Part shown: piece by piece, positions 42,291-56,149 of the stretch | Numbering within the stretch: position 1 is the first letter of the stretch | How the letters are laid out: every line of letters begins with the position of its first letter | Origin: Lama glama | Lineage: Eukaryota | NCBI GenBank assembly: GCA_028534125.1 | Contig: CM052816.1 | Location: forward strand, 46,750,001-46,814,000 | Direction of reading: 5' to 3' | DNA length: 64,000 bases | Notes under the pieces: generated by a model | What the model saw: the letters and a program-made list of their open reading frames with translations, nothing else | The model's database searches: none | Told to the model about the DNA's origin: nothing | Program-made: the position numbers and the translations under genes

Positions 42291-45200
42291 GAAGAGACTG
42301 GAATCAAAAGTATAAATGGGAAAATAAATGATGTAGAAGAAAAGATCCTGGAAATCCTACAGAAAGGAGGAAGTATGGTGACTTAGGATAGCCCTGAGCT
42401 GACGGATAAATAAGGCGGTGAAGGCTACTCCCACTTCAAGTGGCTAATCACACATTGGCCCAACATGAACAAAAAGGCATTTACAACTAGATAAAAGCCT
42501 ACAGGGAAACAAAAATAATGATTTGACCTTACTCTGTTTACTCAAGATAACATATACATTTTCTTTTGTTAAAATAAGTCATTAATGTTTTGTAAAAGAT
42601 GCTTCAACGTGTTGTTTTTAAAGAATCAGTGCCCCCAATAACTGCTTTTTTGTCCCTGTAACCTATTTGCAAGTAAAATGCCATAGTCCAAAAAGACTAG
42701 TAGATGACGTTACATTCATATTTTATACTTTCAAAAATCCTGCTTCCTGATCTTTGTTAATTTACTCCTCTCCTCTCTTTTTTAACCTTTGTAGTTCTGT
42801 CTTATCTTTTCCTTCCTTATTTAAGAAATCACTAACATCGAATTTTTTAAACTCACCTACAGTTTGATCCTTTTGTATTTCAGCTTCTTGTTGTGTATTC
42901 CAGCTTTTATTTTCTTCACTTGCTTTGTAGAGATTACTAGGATTAACTGCATATTTTAGCATGCATTTTAGTCACTGGATATTAAAATATTCCCTATTTA
43001 GTATTTTACTTCAGATCTCTCCTGGATTCAGAATGTCAGGAAACATTTCAGGCCAAACTTCCCCATCTCAGTCCCGTTCTAGGCCAGCCTTCTGATGTGC
43101 GCCTTGTTCAGGTTCCAAAAGAGGTGTTGTGGAAGGAACCTTCATAAAAACGCTAAACCACTGACCTATCCTGAGGAAGCCTGAATCATCTGATTGGCCC
43201 TAGAATCACCCTGATTTTCCATGAATCCTCCAGGCTAAGATTGGCCCAGAATAAGACCAGTGTCAAAGCCCCAGAGAACACTGGAGCAGGAGACCAGCAT
43301 CCAAGAATGGGGGAAAATGATGAACTTTACCCAAGAATTTTGAAACGTACTTATTTCAGATTTATAGTATCTGACTCACATTCCCAGAAATTTCCCTGTG
43401 TTTTTTTCTTTAAGCTTTCTGCTTTTCCTTTCCCAGCCTTACACATGCTGCCTAAAATACCACTCCCTTTTTCTCCTTTTGTGCTGAATTCTGTGCCCTC
43501 TTCCCTGTTACCTGTTTCATCACTGAGATTATATGCTTATGAATTTTTTTCCCTTAAAGGTTTCATGAAGGCTCAGTTTTTCTGACATTCCATATGTAGA
43601 CCAGTACCCCAACTTTTAAATGTTCAATGATATAAATCTCCTGAGTTATAATCAGTTTCATGCCTAGTACCAAGTATGCCAATACTGCATTGCTTTCTGA
43701 GTTAAAAACTATACATTTCAGAAAATGGTAAATTTATAACAGTTACTTTAAGAGACTAAAATAGTAACTGAGTTTCAGCACAGTGTGAAATAATAATGTA
43801 AAGTGTGGAAAAAGAAGCTGCCGTGGCAGAAATCCTGCATGGAGACTACACTTTCTCCCTCTAGCATCTGAACTCTTTTTCCTGTTCTGTTCATCTGTCT
43901 ATTCAGTCTGTCATTAATACTGCAAACATTTACAAAGCTTCTACCACATGGCAGGCCCTGTGCTAAGTCCTGGTGATACAAGATGACTCATAAACAGTCC
44001 CTAATCTCCAGGAGCTCACTCCTGGGAAGAAAAACGTGTAAATCATGTAAACAAATGATCTAATCACACATTCAGAAAAAGCATCTTTGCATCCAAAGGA
44101 CCACAGATGTCACCTGACAGGGTAACACTTAGTAAACGTGTATCAAGAGGGATCCCACTACTGTCTTCTCCTCCAACCAACCAGACTGACTCTGTCCAGT
44201 CGCAAAACCTCTGCGTATTAACATTGAAGTGGAAATGTGTGTTCTGTTCTGTTCATTCAGCAAGCATTTACTGAGCACCTACAGTATGTCAGGCTCTGTT
44301 CTATACTGAAACTTCAAAAGTGAATGAAGGAAGATGCTTTCATTACCTAGTGATTTAGCACAAGAGATAAACACATCAATCAAATAATTTGTGATAAACG
44401 CTCTAGTAGAAAAACGTATACCATAAATGAGTGCATGGATGAGGGAGAATTTAATGCAGTTCTGGACATCAGAATGGTCTGCAGCAAGGAAATGATACAT
44501 CAGCTCCGCCTTGGAGGAGGAGCATCCAAATCCAGAGGACAGATACTGGTGCAGCCATTCCAGCTGGAGAGCCCAGCTTGAGCAAGGACACCGGTGTGAA
44601 AGGCCAGGGCTGATGCACCATTACCCCTCCCTTATGGAAGGCATGCAGAAAGGCCGGGTGGCCCTTGGTAGCCTCATCCAGTATTAGAGTACCAGTAATT
44701 CTAGGAGCTGCCACCCTCTAAATGTTTATATGAAACAATTTGTGCCCATTAGGAGGGGTGGATGGATATTTCTTTATGTTCTATACGTTAAAAGCCTTCA
44801 AATCTTTAATCAGAGTCTTTTATTTCCATTATTTAAAGATGAAAACTTATTCAGTGGAAAAAATTTCAAGGCCAGTATTAAGATTATCTTTTGAGGAAAG
44901 GAATAAAAACAAAAACAATGAAAATCTTCAGCTCTTTCCAGCCTTTCCCCAGTAAGAGTTAATATCTGGTTAGAATGAGTGTGAATAACCTAGAGAAATG
45001 TAGTGTTGCTAAGGTTTATACTTTAAGGTTTTTATTAAAATTTTCACCACAAATGAATAATTTGGGGTAAAATTTTTTTTCATACTCTGTGCTAGCTATG
45101 ATTTGCTTGTCTAATTAAAGTCTACCTACTGATTGTACTAAATTCACAGTATTTTAATGTGCCTTTTCATTTCTATATTAAGAACAAAGAAGAACTATGG

Positions 45201-45452
45201 AACAAGGGGAGGAGTACAGACAATGAATACAGTTTTGATTGTTAAAACCTATGGAGAAATTTCTTTACACCTGATCTTCCTCCAGCCTAAGTCATCTGTG
45301 CCAGAAATCACCAAAGGGAAAAAAAACATACAATGTTATAGGTCCATTCAGAGCTTTTTGGTTTGAATTTGTTTTGCCTGCTTCTCTAAAAAACAAGTAC
45401 ACCACACAGTGTCTGGTGGAGAGCAGGTTTTCAGTAATTATTTGCTGAATGT

Positions 45453-46041
45453 AGTTTTTTTATTTTTCAGTTGAAGAATACTCAGTTTACAGTGTGTGTC
45501 GTTTTCTGGTATACAGCATAATATACATATACATACATATATTCTTTTTCTTTATAGTTTACTACAAGATATTGAATATAGTTCTCTGTGCTATACATTA
45601 TGAACTTGTTGCTTATCTATTTTATATATAGTAGTTAGTATCTGTAAATCTTGAACTCCCAATTTATCCCTTCCCCCTCTGGTAACCATGTTTGTTTTCT
45701 ATGTCTGTGAGTCTGTTTCTGTTTTGTAAATAAGTTCGTCTTTTTTTTTTTTTAGATTCCACATATAAATGATATTGTATGGTATTTTTCTTTCTCTTTA
45801 TGGCTTACTGCACTTAGAATGACAATTTCCAGGTCCATCCTTGTTGCTGCAAATGGCATTATTTTGTTATTTTTTATGGCTGAGTAGTATTCCATGTATA
45901 AATATATCACAACTTCTTTATCCAGTCATCTGTAAATGGACATTTAGGTTGTTTCCATGCCTTGGCTATTGTAAACAGTGCTGCTATAAACATTGGGATT
46001 CATGTATCTTTTTGAATTAGAATTTCTTCCAGACACATGCC
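45453..46041 (-). mobile_element. 5'-truncated LINE-1 (about 590 bp)
   Basis: Typical L1 antisense text (ttagattccacatataaatgat..., tgctgcaaatggcattatt..., ggttgtttccatgccttggctattgtaaa); ctgaatgt flanks both ends. Confidence 0.88.
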
Positions 46042-49000
46042 CTGAATGTGTTTTAAATCAAGTAAGACATTGAGCCCAGCTCTGCAGATACTGAGGCGAC
46101 TGGAAACAGCCATCGTGGGTACCAGCAAGCACCATGGTGGGAGGCTGTTTATGAAATCTGCTCAAAAATTTCATGTATAGTCAGTCTCCATTTCAACTGT
46201 ACCTCCTGTGCCAGTGTGGATTCACCACTTTCTAAAGATAACACAGCTTGTTAAGAGCAGAAGGTTATCTTCATAAAGCTGGAATAGACAAGCACAAAAA
46301 TGATTTAGTATCAGAGAAACGGAAACTACCTTTTCTAAGTTGATGTCTTTTTTTTTTCCCTTGGCTTTTGTGTGAGTAGGACATTCACGCAACCAAGAGT
46401 AATTCCTGCGTGTGTTCTTGACACATCAACCCTCTGAAGTGAGGGTCCTGCTAACTATGCAAGAAAGGGTGATTATTTGAATTTTAATAAAAATTAATTA
46501 ATATTTTGGGATTTTTCACTAGGGGATTTGAATTTGCCTCTGTAAAATGAGGAGGCACAGAAAAAGAAAGATGATGAAAATAATACACTCTTGAGGACTA
46601 GGACCACAGACATGGAAAGAAATTGAATGATTAGAGGCTTTTCATCTGTGATGGTGGGTCTCTGAAAGAAGCTGGATTTTACTTAAATAGTGTTAACATA
46701 AAATATGAAGTTCCATATAATTGAAAAAGGCCAATAACTTAGTTATTTCTTTTTTACTAGCAAGAAATAGTACAGAAGGGGAAACCAGCTTTAACCACCG
46801 TATACAGAGGGCTTTTCTAGTTGATGACATGATGCCTGACAAGAAATGAGAGCTCCAGGCAGCGTGCTTTTTTCATTTACATTCCTTTCAGTAATGAAGT
46901 AGAATCTGTTCCCTACATCTATTTCATTAGAATCTTTGAAGCACCTGTCACCTATCATCATCAGTTTATATGCACTTCAAGTTTTCCCGGTGAACAAATG
47001 TAATAATGCGGGGTCCATATGTCCACATGTCTGAGCAAAGAGTCCACGTGGTTTTCGGATTACCTGCCTGCACTCCTTTTTCCATTTATTGTTCGGAGTA
47101 TGTCACCTTCTGTCAATCTACTTCTCGGAGAAATGGCTGTTCTCAGCTCACTGCGTGACGATCACTGCCTTGTGAAAACATCCCAGAAGCCTCTGCAGTC
47201 AACTGATCTACCCAAGTGTCACTCTCACATGGAAGGCTGACTCCAGAGTCACAGAGTTCTCTGAGGAAGGAGTTTCTTGAGATAACATAGCAAGAGAAGC
47301 TGGTGGTTTCAATAGATCTTGTGCCTTATCTTGACATACAGAATAAATCTTTTCAATAGTCAGCTGAGAGGCACTTACCATATATACATCCAGGACATCT
47401 AGCCCCTATAAAAGAATAATGATTTAAGTGCCTGCATTGCCTGACCAATAACATCTGTAAAAGATCAGAGAAGCTTTCAAAGGTCAGTGACAGATTTTGA
47501 TTTTACTAGAAAAAGACCTTAAGGAACAATGCTTGTTTATCCATTTAGTAATCCTTTGAGTTAGTGTCATCTATTTACTACTGTGATAAAGACAGACTTG
47601 GCTGAATCTAATAGTAATTCTTTTGTCATCACTAAACAGCTGTGGATTTTTAATACAATAAAGATAACACTACTCTTGTAGTTCCACATTCAAACTCTGG
47701 TAAAGTTTGTGCCATCACTTCCATTTTCAGAGCTTTATAATTCCACCATAATCATTCATTCTTGGCAGAAATGTGTTCTACAAGCTCTGAGCTGAGAATA
47801 ATATTTTTGAACGATTTTTTCAATGTTCTGGTTAAGTGATTATGAGGATTTGGAACTCAGTATTAATTTGCTCTGGGGTTTTGTGTTTGTATATCTCAAA
47901 ATGCTCCTCTTTTAAAATAACACAATTTAACTTGAAATAAAGTTATAAATGCCTTAAAATGGTAGAGATAATTCATTACTTAAATACTGGTGATATTCGC
48001 AGTAGGATGACATAGTCAGAAAGGGAAGAATTTACTGGAGAGAATGAGCCACTGGTTCCGTTTTGTCCCCGTCCCTGTCATTTCCTTTGTGACTTCGTGC
48101 CACTTGCTTCATGTGCTTAATAGTTTATATGATTCTTCAGGTAAAAAGTGAGCTATTGATCTAATCGATTTTTTAATACATAAACTGAGAAGTGTTTTAT
48201 TGAACAGCAGACTCTCCCTCCTGGTCTAAAATTTGACATTTAAGAAGTATCAATATTTTAGCCATCATTTTAGACTTAAAATTTTCCCACAGACTAATTT
48301 TAAAATTTTCTGCCTAATTTATTTCAGTGTTCAGTCCACTGCTATAGTTAAATATGAGTGGGAGAGATCTATTTGACACCCCCCACTGCAGGGTGAGGGG
48401 ACCGCACACGGCCCCTGCAGGAGGCACGAGGCTTGGGCCATCACGCTGGGCCATAAGGTTTCCCTAAAGTCTTCATGGAAGATTTGTGAGAGATAATGAG
48501 TTAACATTTGCAGAGCTCTTTTGCTAAAGTGTAATTGATGTTTGAATTTTTATACACCAAACACAGTATCTACCCCTGAAAGCTTAGTAAGAATATTTAG
48601 CACACATGTATGTGCCAGATGGATTGTAATGACAGTTGATAGGCCTCTCCTAACCCTTGAGTTCTGTTGTCAAAAATCTGCACATCAAAACAACTCTAAT
48701 TTTTACAAGATTTATTGGATAAAAGATTCGGGTACATGTTGAAAAATCTACTATCCAGATAAGACTGTAAATTAATGTTATATAAGATAAGACTTAATTA
48801 GGGGTTTATGTAAGAATATTCTTAGCACGCCTTAGAGAAATATCAGTAGATAAATTTTGAAAAAATATAACATTTCCTTGATCCTACATATTTTTCTCTA
48901 CATAAGTGAATTTTTATGAAAAATATGTGGAGTATGATGCAAGACACTCAGAAATTATTCTTAAAAGCTCAAGGATATGTGAAGATGAAAGCAGAAACAC

Positions 49001-50856
49001 ATCATAATACAAATAATCATCACCCAGAAGAATGTTCTTGTACTTGAGATAATGGTAACAAAAAATTTTAAAACATAGGAAATTTAGGTAGCAAATAAAA
49101 TTAGTAGTCTGATGTTTTGTGACATCATTATTATCGGAACCCTCTAGGAATACTTACTCTGGGTGAAAATGATAGCTGCAAATCCATGATAAAGGGACAG
49201 GTGGCCCCACCAATTATAAATTCCCCAAGATTGTAAATGTATATTTTTTATCATCTCATGTCAAAATATTCGTTTTAATATTCAAACATTTTACCACATA
49301 ATAAGCTGTAACCATATGTTTATTGTTATATTATATTACTATAACATTAATAAATATTTACAGAGCCACAGTGTATCGTAGATGCATTCAAAATGGTAGC
49401 TCTCAGTTTGATTTTCATTGGAAATCTTAAGTGCCTCCGAAACTGATGTTAGATAATGTTATATTTGTTATACATTGATAAGAGCCAAGGAGTTTAAATT
49501 TTTAAGACTGACACCCCCTTTTTAACTCATGTTGTTTTATTTATTTTCCCCAATTGCATGAATTAAAGATAGAGTGTTATCTCAGCTTTGAATTCTTTAG
49601 CCCGATGTCGCAGCTTTTGCTTTATTTGTATGTGAATTCAGTCTTTAATAAAGATGAGCTCTGCTGAACTTTCCGTTAATGAGAGACACTTAGGTACACA
49701 TCTCTTTATAAACGATTTGGTGGTACCAGGAAAATTCAGAGATGTTGCTAGTCGATTAATAATTAATATAGCAAGCTGTGTGGTTGATTTATCAGAAGTT
49801 CTATAATCTCTAAAAACATAACACTATCTCTGAAAATTGGATCCTGTACAATTGAATTGACAGTCATCGGGTGAAAAAAAAAATAGTAAGACTCTGGACT
49901 CATACTTTTTCTGTTAGTGTTACATGAGTATTTATCCTTCTGTGACAGCTGAGACTAGACCAGCCACACATTCAGGAGACAGGAGGTTGCAGATGAGGCA
50001 CTGACTTGTCAGTTTCATGTGGCCGGAGACAGTCTCTGGTGAGCCTCCTCGGCTGGAACCAGGAGGAACTTTTGCTAGTTTGGTACTGACCTGGTGACCT
50101 CTTTTCAGTGTTCTTTGGCTTCCTTACTCAGCTCATGATAATGAAGCCCTAAGCTCAGCTGTTGACTTTTCTTTCTCCCTATGTTTAGGCGGATAGCTTC
50201 TCGGTATTATCAGTTTCAGTGCACATTTCCGCATGTATAGGACTCTAACCAAACCAGACTGAACAAAGGTGTTTCTCCTTGTGATCAGTGTCTGAACCTT
50301 CTTTATGGGGGCTTCCTGAGAGTGTGAGTGGGGTTCTCTTACAGCCTCCTGCTGTCGAGTGCATACCCAAAGGGCTGGCGGGACACTGTTAGTGCTGACC
50401 ATTATCCTAAACTCAGACTAACAGTATGTTTCCATCATTTCTGCTTTTGTCATGATCACGTTTTCTGAAAGCATTGTGTAATGTCCCAACTTCTAATTTT
50501 TCTGTGGGAAAATAGTGTTGCAGTTTGCCACCTCGTTTGTAGGCGTCTGTGATTATCTCTCACTAGACATTTGGAGCACATATGAATTCCACATCATGAA
50601 ACTTCAACCCTCATGCGATCTTTGTTTGTTGACTGAATTAAGTTGCAAAAGGAATATTTTCCCTTTTACTTTTTTCTAACTAGTAATGAGTGCACTGTTG
50701 AAATGACTCTCGGTTTCTCTCTACAGCTTCTTAAGCCTAATGTATTATAGCCCATGTAATAACCTGAAACACTGGACAGCTTGAACCTCTGTAACACCCC
50801 TGAATGTCTTTTACAGCCTTTGTCTAGGTTTGAACTTTCCAAATTATGTATTTCAG

Positions 50857-51000
50857 ACGTTGAGAAAGAAGGGCCTTAATGGCTGTGACAGCCCAGATCC
50901 CGATGCGGACGATTCAGTAGGTCACAGCCCTGAGTCTGAGGACAAGTACAGGAAAATTAACGAAGATATTGATCTAATGATCAGCAGGCAAAGATTGTGT
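50857..51000 (+). CDS. MEF2C: MEF2C alternative exon alpha1, [48 protein letters not shown] (aa 87-134)
   Basis: Acceptor tttcag at 50851-50856, 144 nt, phase 0/0, donor GTAAGT at 51001; contains the S98-P and S110-P motifs. Confidence 0.97.
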
Positions 51001-51059
51001 GTAAGTACTCCAAACACCCTTCATTTTTTTTACTCTTGATATTTCTCTGAACCTGGCAG

Positions 51060-51197
51060 GCCTTGAACAAGAAAGAAAACAAAGGCTGTGAAAGCCCCGA
51101 TCCCGACTCCTCTTATGCACTCACCCCACGCACTGAAGAAAAATACAAAAAAATTAATGAAGAATTTGATAATATGATCAAGAGCCATAAAATTCCT
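51060..51197 (+). CDS. MEF2C: MEF2C alternative (muscle-type) exon alpha2, ALNKKENKGCESPDPDSSYALTPRTEEKYKKINEEFDNMIKSHKIP
   Basis: Acceptor CAG at 51057-51059, 138 nt open, donor GTAAGT at 51198. Paralogous to alpha1 (GC-SPDPD...KY-KINE); translated by hand because it is absent from the ORF track. Confidence 0.95.
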
Positions 51198-54100
51198 GTA
51201 AGTACCAAAGGTAGATGGCTGGTCTGCTGATAACTGCTGCAGTAACATACCTTAACCCTTTCAGTGAGGGCTTTCCCTAAGAAACAGTGCAAAGCCAAAC
51301 CCAGAAAAGAGCCATCTCACCTGCGGGCAGTCCCTTCAGAAAGCAAAACTGAGGGCTGCTGCAGTTCACCTGAGGGAGTCACCATCCGAAGTTCATTCGG
51401 ACGTAGCAGATTCACAGGAGGAAGAGAAAGATCTACAAGACACACCCTGAATTTACACAATCTCTTAAGCACGCAGTTCACACGAATCACCAAGCACTCC
51501 TCAAACACAGGAATCTCCTTCTGAACAAGGATTGACTGTAAAATATATGGATCTATTTTCACTGAGATCAGATACACGAGTGGAACCGCAGTTCTCTCAT
51601 GTAAGCTGACGCTCATCACCCAGGAAAAAGCGTATTCCTGAGTGAAGCCTCAGCCCTCTCCCTAAACATGAGATTCAGCAGCAGCACTGAAGGGTTAAAG
51701 CTAATGCTCGCCGCAGGGAAACAGACTGCATGACAACCTAATGGTAAGATTTCAACATGTTTGTGTGCTGGGGTGATTTTAAAGCTTCATCAGAATATTC
51801 GCTTTGCCTACACCAACATTTTCCATGCTTTAACATTTGGCTAAATTTTGTCTTAACCAAGTCAAAAAATTCCTAACAATCAATCATATGCCTTGCCAGA
51901 TATTTAAGAGAAATAACTGTGCATGTATTATTTTGTTTGCCCACATGTAAAGGGGGATGGGTACGGAGTTTTTATTCTATTCTGTCATCAGTCGAGTGAT
52001 GTTCATTTTGTGACATAAAGTGATGCAACACAAGGTTCACACTCTTTCTGAGTAACAAATGTTAGTGTCTGAGCCCTCGCTGTATATAGGCTCCTCGGTA
52101 GGTAATTAATTCCTTTCTCAAAAAAGTCTATTTTTAATAAGTTAGCAAAACAGCCTAAACCTGGAGATTCAGAGAAGACTCTGCCCTGAAAACAGGCCTT
52201 AGCAATTACAAGTGCAGATATCTGAGGACAAAAACTCCAGGCCAGAGCCACAAGGGCACCCGCAAGATGAATTAATGCTTTACGCAAAGTGGGTGCACAG
52301 TCAGCCTGTGCTGAGCTAAACTGAACACTTTAAAACTTTCTTATAAAATATGTGCATATTAAACTTCCTATCCTCATTAATACAAATCTGCTTCTTTTGT
52401 TAAATGAAATAATGTCAGTAGGAATACTTTTGTTGAATCAGAATTATTGATTCACTGTGTCATGAAGGAACGCTAACTGCTGTAAATGCTTAAAGGTTTT
52501 ATAAACCGAGTACTACATACAGCACTTCCACAGTGGGCACTGGATCACATGAAACATTTCCTCCCAGATGCAGTGATGCATTCTTGTTATACCAGAATTC
52601 TTAAATGGAATCCATTGGGATTTTATCTCCCCTAGAAGAAGGAAAGAAACAGCTCCTTTGGGCTGATTTTTTAGTTCTTATGGCCTGAGTTTCTCTTGCT
52701 ATGTAGTACACTAGTTTAGAGCTGCTGGCACGTTTGTGAACGTAAGATTTTAAGGTGATGTACGTTAGGTGTCTCATGAGGAATCCGCAGCACAGTTAGG
52801 GAAAGGGCGGTGTGTGTAAGACTGCTGCTCACCCCCCCCCCACCATACACTGTGTGTGTGTGGAGCTTTAACCCCCAGAGTTCTGGGAGAATGCCATATT
52901 TGCACATTGGGTCATTTTCCCCATGCTTTAGGGGGAAAGAGGTGTGATGCATACCTGGATTCTCTCACCATATTTCATCCTGTCGTGTAAAGAGCTCAAA
53001 ATCAGGATACATGATTTCTTAAGAGGTGCAGTGGTGTGCGGCAGGGGATGGAAAACCACATTAGAGTTTGCAGGCAGAGCCGTGAGAAGGAGCCACACAG
53101 CTCCAAGCGGTGCCTCCAAGTCTTCGTTTCTTCAGTAAGTGCTTCAGTCTCCACGATGAAAAGCCCAGTTTTCGCACATCGCTTTCAGTTGCTGGAAGTA
53201 AATTTTGTTGAAAGTTTCCACAGCTGCTAAAACATTTACAGCGGGGCAAGGACACTCTGCCCTTTGTGTGGAGAGAGTGTCTCCACCTCTTGAAAAACAT
53301 TACAAGACTGTTTTTCTATTTCTAAGACCCAGGTTGAAGAGTTTCCCCCCTTTAAAATAGAAAATTTAATATTGCAGTCACCTGTTGGTACAATCGAATT
53401 TATGCCCATATTCCTCAATTACGTGAAATAATTCATGGATGATTTGGAATCTCGTCAACCAGCATTTCCTCATGTGAGGTTTGCCACGGTTCATGCTGGG
53501 CTTCACAGCAAGAAAAAACAGATCCATTTGAGGAACCAGAAATTAGGAAATGGGCTGCAGGAAGGAGGGGTGAATACAGGACCGGCTGAGAGTGAGTGGG
53601 AAGGGAGGAAGTGGAAATAGAGAGTACGTGGGTGTTTTCTTCAAATAATGGACTGTGACTGGGGAGAGAATACTGTAACCAGGTTCAAGGAGGGAGTTAA
53701 AAGGGAAAGCACTTGAGATGATTTATGTGCACAGGAGGAATGCTTGAAGGGAGGAAAAGGTGGAACACTTAAGTGCCATGGATATGGAATGGTGAGGCTC
53801 CTCAGGGAAGGGAAGGAGGCTGGATGGGACCAGGACCAGAAGGACTTGTAGATGTAGTGAAGACGGCAGGTGGGTAGAGTGAAGTTGAGTGGGTGGCCAC
53901 CTCATGACCGCTCTCTTTATAACAAATTCAGCTTCTGTAGATGTTGAGGTGGGGGAGCAGGTGCTCCCGAGCGGACTGAGAATGGCTCTAGTGTAGACAT
54001 TGTGAGGAACCGGGGATGGAGGGGCAGTGGGCAAGCACGGGAGGGGATTTGGATATCAGCAACCGGTGGTCACGAGTCATCAGGGACGTGTGATTCCTTT

Positions 54101-54412
54101 TTCTCTGCTAGTTTTCAGCAGCCGGGTTCATCAAAAATTAAGGCTGTCACTAGTGGCCCAAAAAAAGGGATTCAGTTCAGTCATTCACATTAAATAAAAG
54201 AAGCCCTATTAACTAAAAATATTTTATTAAAAATATTTTTATTTGACTTTTTATTGGACTTTTCCTTGTGGTAAGTTTGGGAAAATCGTGGGTTTTGGAT
54301 AAGAGTTCAGATACCTTTCTGACCACGATGACTCACTTCGGTAACCATGATCAATTTGTTCAGGAATAGAAACTAAAAGCTTTTTAGCTCTCATGTCTGT
54401 ATCTCTTAAAGC

Positions 54413-54587
54413 CAGAGCCAGTGTCGTGGGCATGTGACCTGTGCTGTCACACAGGGCTCTGCTGTCCTGGACCACACTAGGTTAAATGCTCTGCTGTCAC
54501 CATTTTGAAATTCTTAATAATTTTTTTTACAAGGCACCCCACATTTTCATTTTGCCCTGAGCTCTGCAAATTATATAGTCAGTCCTA
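54413..54587 (+). mobile_element. MER91-like hAT-Tip100 MITE
   Basis: gggcatgtgacctgtgctgtcacacagggc...aatgctctgctgtcaccattttgaaattcttaataa...cattttcattttgc...gcaaattat. Confidence 0.7.
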
Positions 54588-56149
54588 CCTACAGCATTTT
54601 ATTTAATCACCCTAAATTCCTTCTTCCTTCCTGTCTTGAGGGTTCTAAATTTTGGAGCCTGGCCCTGGAGATATTTGCAAGTTTGGAGTTTTTAATGACT
54701 TTTTGGCTTTCCTTTTTAGACAAAAATGTTAAAAACTTAGATGCTTTCAAGTTCCTTAATTTTAAAAAGTCAAGAAGAAAAAGAAAAAGAAAATTGCCAT
54801 TTTCTTATAAACATTGGCATTCCCTAAAGCGTCCAGAGCTGATTGGTCTCTTAAGGGATGCAGCCACTTCAGGGCCCACGTGAGGTCAAGGGAGATTATA
54901 TGACTTGCCTGTTTAACTTGCAATTTATTGCCTATCCTGGACTGCAACTGAGATTTCTGATATAAAGGCTAATGTTCTTTCTGATTCTCTGAGATACCTT
55001 CTCACTATGTGTGGTCATTTTTAAGCTTATACTTTGATTTCAAAATTATTTAGTCAGTTCCTGATACAGCTAAGGAAACAAAAGGTAGACTGCAAAGGAT
55101 ATTACCATGGTTTATGAATTATGAATTTTTGAAGTATGCTGTGATTCAGAATTCTATCTGATTGCCATTTAGCCAATCACAAGAGAGTTTTATGGTAATC
55201 ACCATCAAATTGTTTACAGTCCAGAATGCTGGAAACTGAATAACTCTTGGGGATGATGGTCTGAAGAAGGGAGAAGTAGAGACACTTTTGCTGAATTAAT
55301 TAGTAGATTGGTTCAGAATTTATTAAATAATTATTAGTAGTCCTCTTTCTTTCTGATGTGCATATAATCATAGGGGATGAGGGGTGGTATGGACTTTGCT
55401 CTCCAGTGAGACAATCAATATTCTTTAGAATATTCAGGGGAAAAGTAGTTTTATAGCAGATCTTCAGGTTCCCTGTAATAGTCAAACATTTATAAGTAGT
55501 AATAGTGAATACAAATAAAACATTACCAAAAGATAGCTTTAAAATACCAAATGTGAGTAAATAGGAATGAGAGGGGTCTTTCAGGCTTATTTTTTTCCCA
55601 AGCCCTCAGTCCCAGTTAGTAGGCATAAACATGCATTTTAACATCAGTGCTCAGCCACGTTCCATGAGAACCCACTTAATTCATTATGTTCGTGGTTCAC
55701 AAATAATAAGCTACCAACATGCAGCCCATACTCACTTCACAGTATGATTTCTGACTTAAATGTTTTATTTCCATCCAAAAAGCTACACTGTGTTGTTCGG
55801 TGATTTAGTAGTAAAACCAACAGTCTCGGTCACTGGTTAGATGACCTTGGGCCACTTAATTAATCTTACCAATTTAAAAAGGAAGAATTACATCTCTAGT
55901 GAAGGGACGTTGGAAGGGTTCGATGATATGTGTGTAAATTATATAGAACAGTGCCTGCTCAGTAAGTAGTAAGTTGTAAGCTTGTATTTTTGTGTTAGTA
56001 TAATATCTTCCTAAAAATTCTTCTTTGAAGAAAAATATTGAATCACTATAATTAAAAAGTAGACTAGGCTGCATATTTACCTCATAGCAGAAGAGCTTCA
56101 GCACTTTGATGAAAGGGGACATTATTTGGCCAGCATCATAACTGATTTT

